This document shows, one piece after another, positions 27,903 to 32,000 of a stretch of 32,000 bases of DNA. The DNA comes from Candidatus Iainarchaeum sp. GTDB lineage: Archaea; Iainarchaeota; Iainarchaeia; Iainarchaeales; CSSED10-239. The translations under genes and the position numbers were made by a program. Under the pieces are notes generated by a model. The model did not search any database. It worked only from the letters and a program-made list of their open reading frames with translations, and was not told the DNA's origin. The stretch covers positions 7,690-39,689 of the forward strand of contig JAQVTI010000007.1 in the NCBI GenBank assembly GCA_028700115.1, read 5' to 3'. Positions within the stretch are counted from its first letter, which is position 1, and the number at the start of each line of letters is the position of its first letter.

Positions 27903-30167
27903 TTATAACTCTTTTATTTTACACAATATACTTTCTATATTTCTATTATGCACTAAAAAGAAATGAAGTTTACCTTTACCTAATTGTTCCCACACTTTTG
28001 AAATCTTTTCTTTATACTCTGTGTCTTCATTACTTACTCTATCTTCACCTTTCCATTCTAATGATAAAATATTACCTTTAGTTGTTAATGCAACGAAATC
28101 AGGATAAAATTTATTTTTTTTATAACCTTGTAAATAGAATGGATCTTTTTTTTCTCTATTTCTTATCCAAAACTTTATATTTGGTAATGAATCTAAATCT
28201 AATCTACTAATAAAATTAAGTTCTTCTTTGTTAAGTTTATCAATTTTTTCATAATAACTTTTGTTAAATTCTTGAGGAAGTTCCTCTGTTAAAGTTATAG
28301 TTTCAGAAAATTTATCAAATTTTTCTACTTTTATTTTACTATCCATTATTAATTTATTAAATTGTTTTTCTGTATAGTCTGTTAAAATATTATTAATTAC
28401 TTTATCTAATTCAGATAATAAAACATATCTATTAACTGATAAATCCTGAATGGTATACCCTTTAATTTCATCAATTGTTTTTTCTAAAAACTTAACTTTA
28501 TCGTCTTTATCAATCATTGTAAATTTCAGTTTTTTATCCAGCCATAATATTAATTCTTTTTTAGATAAATTTTTGTCTTTAAAAGTTAATTTTAATATTT
28601 GTTGAGCTCCTTTTATCCATTTATCTCCTTCTTTAATGTCTAAAATTGCCCTACCATCATTATCAACATTTATAGTAAAATTAAAATTGAATTTTTGTTT
28701 ATGCAATTCAAAATTATCTCCAATTAAATCTTCAAAAGTAAGCTCTTCGTTATTATAAGCCATTAATGGAACTGCAAAATCTTCCTTAACTTTTCTATCT
28801 ACATCAAATTCATATTTTTGTTTTCCCCCAATAGAACTAATTAAATCGAACTTACTATAACCATTATTTTCTAATCCTTTTATAATTTGTGACGTTGCTT
28901 CATTGAAATTCTTAGCAGATGCAAACACATAACTTCTATTTAATGCTTCATTGTTTTTCTTTTTTGCATAAGGCATCCTCATTATTCTTCCTATAATCTG
29001 TTCTACAGCTATTTTTGAACCAATATTTGCAACAGAAATTAAAATGTATGCAAAGGAACAATCCCAACCTTCAGCCAAAGCATTAACTGTTATAATATAC
29101 CTTATTTTACAAGAATTACTAAATAAATTAATTCCATCTAAATCATTATTTTTAGAAGTTTTTATTGCAATTTCATCTTCAGATATCTTCTTTTCTTTAA
29201 TTAAAAATTCTTTTATCTTACCAACAGTTATCTTATTGTCATCTTCTTTTTCTTGTTCAGCTTGTAAAAGAACTATTGGTCTAATCTGTTCTTTTTCTTT
29301 CTTAGATATAGCCTCTAATTCTTGTCTTCTTAATATTCCTTGAGAAATTGCGTTTTGCCATTGAGTATGACTTTCTAATACTAAAGGTAACTTAACCATT
29401 TCTTCTTCTTTAAGTTCAGATGAATGTATTTCAACTAAAATATTACTCTCTGCTCTTGGTGTTGCGGTATATTCAATAACAAAACAAGGATTTAATTCTT
29501 TTAAAAATGTGATAGATAATTCTGTTTTTGTTTTGTGTCCTTCATCAATAACTATTAAAGGATTACTTAATCTAATTACATTTGCTAAAGATTTAATTAC
29601 ACCAGATTCATCTTTTTCTAAATAATCCAAATCACTAATATTTTCAAAATGATTTAATAAAGCTCCATTTTCTTTATATACTTTATATTTGTTTTGTAAA
29701 GTTTTTTCTTTTCTAAATGCTTCAAGACTAGAAATAATTATACAAATATTATCTTCAACATCCTCTTTTCTTATTCTTAGTGCTTCTTCATTAGAAAATA
29801 TTTTTACATTATTATCAAAATAATCATCTAATATTTTTCTATGAATATCATTTCTATTTTTGAATTTATTGAGAGTTTGTGTTTTAATTGCTTCAGATGG
29901 AACAAACCACATTACAATTCCTTTTTCCATTTTTTCTCTTAAATAAATATTAAAAATAGAACTAATTGAACTACAACCTACTAATGTTTTTCCACCACCT
30001 GTAGGTATTTTTATACAAATAAAAGGAATCTCTTTACCAAAAAAATCTTCTTTATATAAATTATCTTGTATTGAAATAAATGCATGCTTTGGTCCAAATT
30101 TATTAGTTTCAGATAAATACAAATTGATTTTATCTAAAGTTTTAGTTTGATATTTTTTAAATTCCAT
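27903..30167 (-). CDS. res: Type III restriction endonuclease, Res subunit
   Basis: TGGGKT, VIDEGHK, EYTATPR, SF2 C-terminal ERIMRMP-like (QIIGRIMRMP), and C-terminal PD...SLEWKGED nuclease motif. Confidence 0.9.
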   Translation of the reverse strand: MEFKKYQTKTLDKINLYLSETNKFGPKHAFISIQDNLYKEDFFGKEIPFICIKIPTGGGKTLVGCSSISSIFNIYLREKMEKGIVMWFVPSEAIKTQTLNKFKNRNDIHRKILDDYFDNNVKIFSNEEALRIRKEDVEDNICIIISSLEAFRKEKTLQNKYKVYKENGALLNHFENISDLDYLEKDESGVIKSLANVIRLSNPLIVIDEGHKTKTELSITFLKELNPCFVIEYTATPRAESNILVEIHSSELKEEEMVKLPLVLESHTQWQNAISQGILRRQELEAISKKEKEQIRPIVLLQAEQEKEDDNKITVGKIKEFLIKEKKISEDEIAIKTSKNNDLDGINLFSNSCKIRYIITVNALAEGWDCSFAYILISVANIGSKIAVEQIIGRIMRMPYAKKKNNEALNRSYVFASAKNFNEATSQIIKGLENNGYSKFDLISSIGGKQKYEFDVDRKVKEDFAVPLMAYNNEELTFEDLIGDNFELHKQKFNFNFTINVDNDGRAILDIKEGDKWIKGAQQILKLTFKDKNLSKKELILWLDKKLKFTMIDKDDKVKFLEKTIDEIKGYTIQDLSVNRYVLLSELDKVINNILTDYTEKQFNKLIMDSKIKVEKFDKFSETITLTEELPQEFNKSYYEKIDKLNKEELNFISRLDLDSLPNIKFWIRNREKKDPFYLQGYKKNKFYPDFVALTTKGNILSLEWKGEDRVSNEDTEYKEKISKVWEQLGKGKLHFFLVHNRNIESILCKIKEL

Positions 30168-31709
30168 TCAATACACCTTTATTTCATATGGTATTTGTTT
30201 AAATTTTATATTATTTTTTATTAGAATATTTTCATCAATTAAACATTTGTCAGCATAAATTATTTTTTTATTTTTATTCAAATTAATATTTCTTAAAAAA
30301 TCTTTTGTTAAGACATTCTTTCCTTTATCTTTAAACAATAAATAATATTCTGTATCGTTATAATTACCAATATAATTTTTATTAATCAATTTTTTATCTA
30401 AATTTGTATTTGATTCAATAAAGTAAATATATGTTGCCAATTGTTCAAAACTACATTCTTCATCAATTTGCCCATATTCATTAAATAATGGCTTATCAAG
30501 TTCACAATATTCAAAACCAGCTTTATAATCATATTTTTGTATTGCTCTTTTAATTCTCTCGACGGTAACTTCTTTGACTACTTTATCTTCCATTTCAACT
30601 AAAATAAACTTTCTATTTCCATTGTCTTCTTTATTTAAATCTAAAACTGCGTGACCAGTAGTTCCAGAACCTGCGAAGGAGTCTAAAACAATGCCGTCTT
30701 TATATTCAGAAAATTTTAAAAGATATTTTACTAAATCTACTGGTTTTGGATTATCAAAAACCCTTTCTCCAAAAAATTCTCCGACATCAACATTTGCCCT
30801 TTTTGCCGTTCCTTTATTTCTGATTATGGAAGAGATATAAACGGGTTTTACTTCATTCACAAAAACTTTTAACCTTGGAACATTATCGCCATTTGAACCC
30901 CAATAAATTTTTTTATCTTTAATTAATCTAAGCATTTCATCTTTATCATATTTCCATTCTCTCTTCCAAACTTTTCCAGTTGGAGAAGTTAATTCAAAAT
31001 ATTTCTCGCTATTTTTATTTGATTTTTCTTCTCTCGTTGAAACATTACCTGAAATCCAATCTCCTCGGGGGTCATTGTCTGCATTTTCAGTTTTATTGAT
31101 TATGTCGGGCAATTCTTCAATTTTTCTAAATCTTGTAGAATATTTGTCTTTATACAAGACTAAAATATATTCGTGGTCGGTTCTATACCTATGAACTATT
31201 TTCAATTTGCCCTCGTTAGAAGTTACTTTTTCCCAAATCATTAAATCTACATTTTCATTTCCAAATAATTCTTTAGAAAGTAGCATTAAATTATCTAATT
31301 CATTATCATCAATACTAATAAAGATTACACCATCTTCAGTTAATAAATCTTTTAATAATTTTAATCGCGGGTACATCATACAAAGCCATTTATCGTGTCT
31401 GCATAAATCTTCAGAATCCCTACCAACCACTTTTCCTAACCATTTCTTTATTTTAGGAGAATTTACTTTATCATTATACACCCAATTTTCATTTCCAGTA
31501 TTATATGGAGGATCTATATAGATACATTTAATTTTACCCATATAATATGGCATTAAAGCTTTAAGTGCCTCTAGATTATCTCCGTGAATAATTAAATTCT
31601 GAGAATTATTACCGACAGAATGAACTTTAACCTTTTTAAGAAGCCTAAAAGGAACTTCTTTATCGTGATTAACAACAGATTCTTTCCCTATCCAGTTTAA
31701 AGTAGGCAT
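30168..31709 (-). CDS. mod: Type III adenine-specific DNA methyltransferase, Mod subunit
   Basis: DPPYNTG (motif IV) followed by VLDSFAGSGTTGHAVL (motif I), beta-class order; abuts res. Confidence 0.93.
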   Translation of the reverse strand: MPTLNWIGKESVVNHDKEVPFRLLKKVKVHSVGNNSQNLIIHGDNLEALKALMPYYMGKIKCIYIDPPYNTGNENWVYNDKVNSPKIKKWLGKVVGRDSEDLCRHDKWLCMMYPRLKLLKDLLTEDGVIFISIDDNELDNLMLLSKELFGNENVDLMIWEKVTSNEGKLKIVHRYRTDHEYILVLYKDKYSTRFRKIEELPDIINKTENADNDPRGDWISGNVSTREEKSNKNSEKYFELTSPTGKVWKREWKYDKDEMLRLIKDKKIYWGSNGDNVPRLKVFVNEVKPVYISSIIRNKGTAKRANVDVGEFFGERVFDNPKPVDLVKYLLKFSEYKDGIVLDSFAGSGTTGHAVLDLNKEDNGNRKFILVEMEDKVVKEVTVERIKRAIQKYDYKAGFEYCELDKPLFNEYGQIDEECSFEQLATYIYFIESNTNLDKKLINKNYIGNYNDTEYYLLFKDKGKNVLTKDFLRNINLNKNKKIIYADKCLIDENILIKNNIKFKQIPYEIKVY

Positions 31710-31765
31710 AATTCTTTCATTCCTATAAAATTTACTATATATTATAGTATAAAAAAGATTTTAAA

Positions 31766-31822
31766 TTGGTCACATTATCGTCATTTAAAGGTCGTCAGAT
31801 TAGATATACATTTTGTGACCAA
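31766..31822. promoter_or_regulatory. Inverted-repeat operator candidate
   Basis: TTGGTCACA (31766-31774) and TGTGACCAA (31814-31822) between the divergent mod and wHTH genes. Confidence 0.6.
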
Positions 31823-31830
31823 ATATATTT

Positions 31831-32000
31831 ATGAGTAAAGAATTAATTTCATTTGTTCTTGCAGGAAAAAACCGAATAAATGTTTTATTAACACTTTCAG
31901 AAAACACATTAACCCCTGCTCAAATTCTTAAAAAAGCTAATTATACATATTTAACACACATTATTAGAACCTTAAAAGAACTCAGTAAAGTAGAATTAAT
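31831..32000 (+). CDS. Winged-helix transcriptional regulator, N-terminal part (truncated by window edge)
   Basis: MSKELISFVLAGKNRINVLLTLSENTLTPAQILKKANYTYLTHIIRTLKELSKVEL... Confidence 0.7.
   Translation, partial: MSKELISFVLAGKNRINVLLTLSENTLTPAQILKKANYTYLTHIIRTLKELSKVEL

Larger units (their letters stand above)
21301..32000. mobile_element. Left part of a probable integrated mobile element / genomic island (right boundary not established)
   Basis: Starts at the tRNA-Ser half; gene content switches to RHH, helicase-like, Cys-motif small ORFs and Type III R-M. No integrase within the window. Confidence 0.5.

Noticed and set aside
29044-31521. ORFs 29044..29343 (+) and 31207..31521 (+)
   Set aside because: Antisense to res and mod; Ser-rich mirror frames typical of AT-rich opposite strands.
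21301-32000. Integrase or transposase within the island
   Set aside because: None of the listed ORFs shows tyrosine or serine recombinase, or DDE/HUH motifs I can recognise; if present it must be to the right of the window.

Overview
AT-rich archaeal window, probably a DPANN-type genome (Pace-/Woesearchaeota-like; lineage is inferred). Positions 1-21.3 kb look like host chromosome. This part holds the start of a tRNA (probably Ala), a complete minus-strand 16S rRNA with flanking complementary processing arms, tRNA-Glu(TTC), tRNA-Gly(TCC), tRNA-Leu(CAA), and an SRP RNA. Its protein genes include eL40, a candidate unlisted eL41-like small protein, FEN1 with a C-terminal PIP box, a site-2 protease, a thioredoxin/CcdA fusion, an agmatinase / type III PLP decarboxylase / deoxyhypusine synthase cluster, a Nudix protein, a DEDDh exonuclease, FtsZ, a bacterial-architecture ThrRS, an APC permease and a DUF333+Kazal-like protein. 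At 21301-21355 there is only the 3' half of a tRNA-Ser(GCT), running into a ribbon-helix-helix-like ORF. I read this as the displaced attachment-site end of an integrated element that extends right, possibly beyond 32 kb. The putative element carries a PLD-like wHTH protein and an unknown partner, small OB-like and helicase-like replication genes, two overlapping small proteins with the same CxxC-x5-C-x8-C motif, a four-helix-bundle protein, a Type III restriction-modification pair, and a divergent wHTH regulator with an inverted-repeat operator. The most unusual findings are the tRNA-Ser half/ORF junction, the Cys-motif overlapping gene pair, and a three-member family of apparently degenerate kinase-fold proteins. 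Two of those sit inside the polyamine/hypusine cluster and share a 128-nt near-identical patch.
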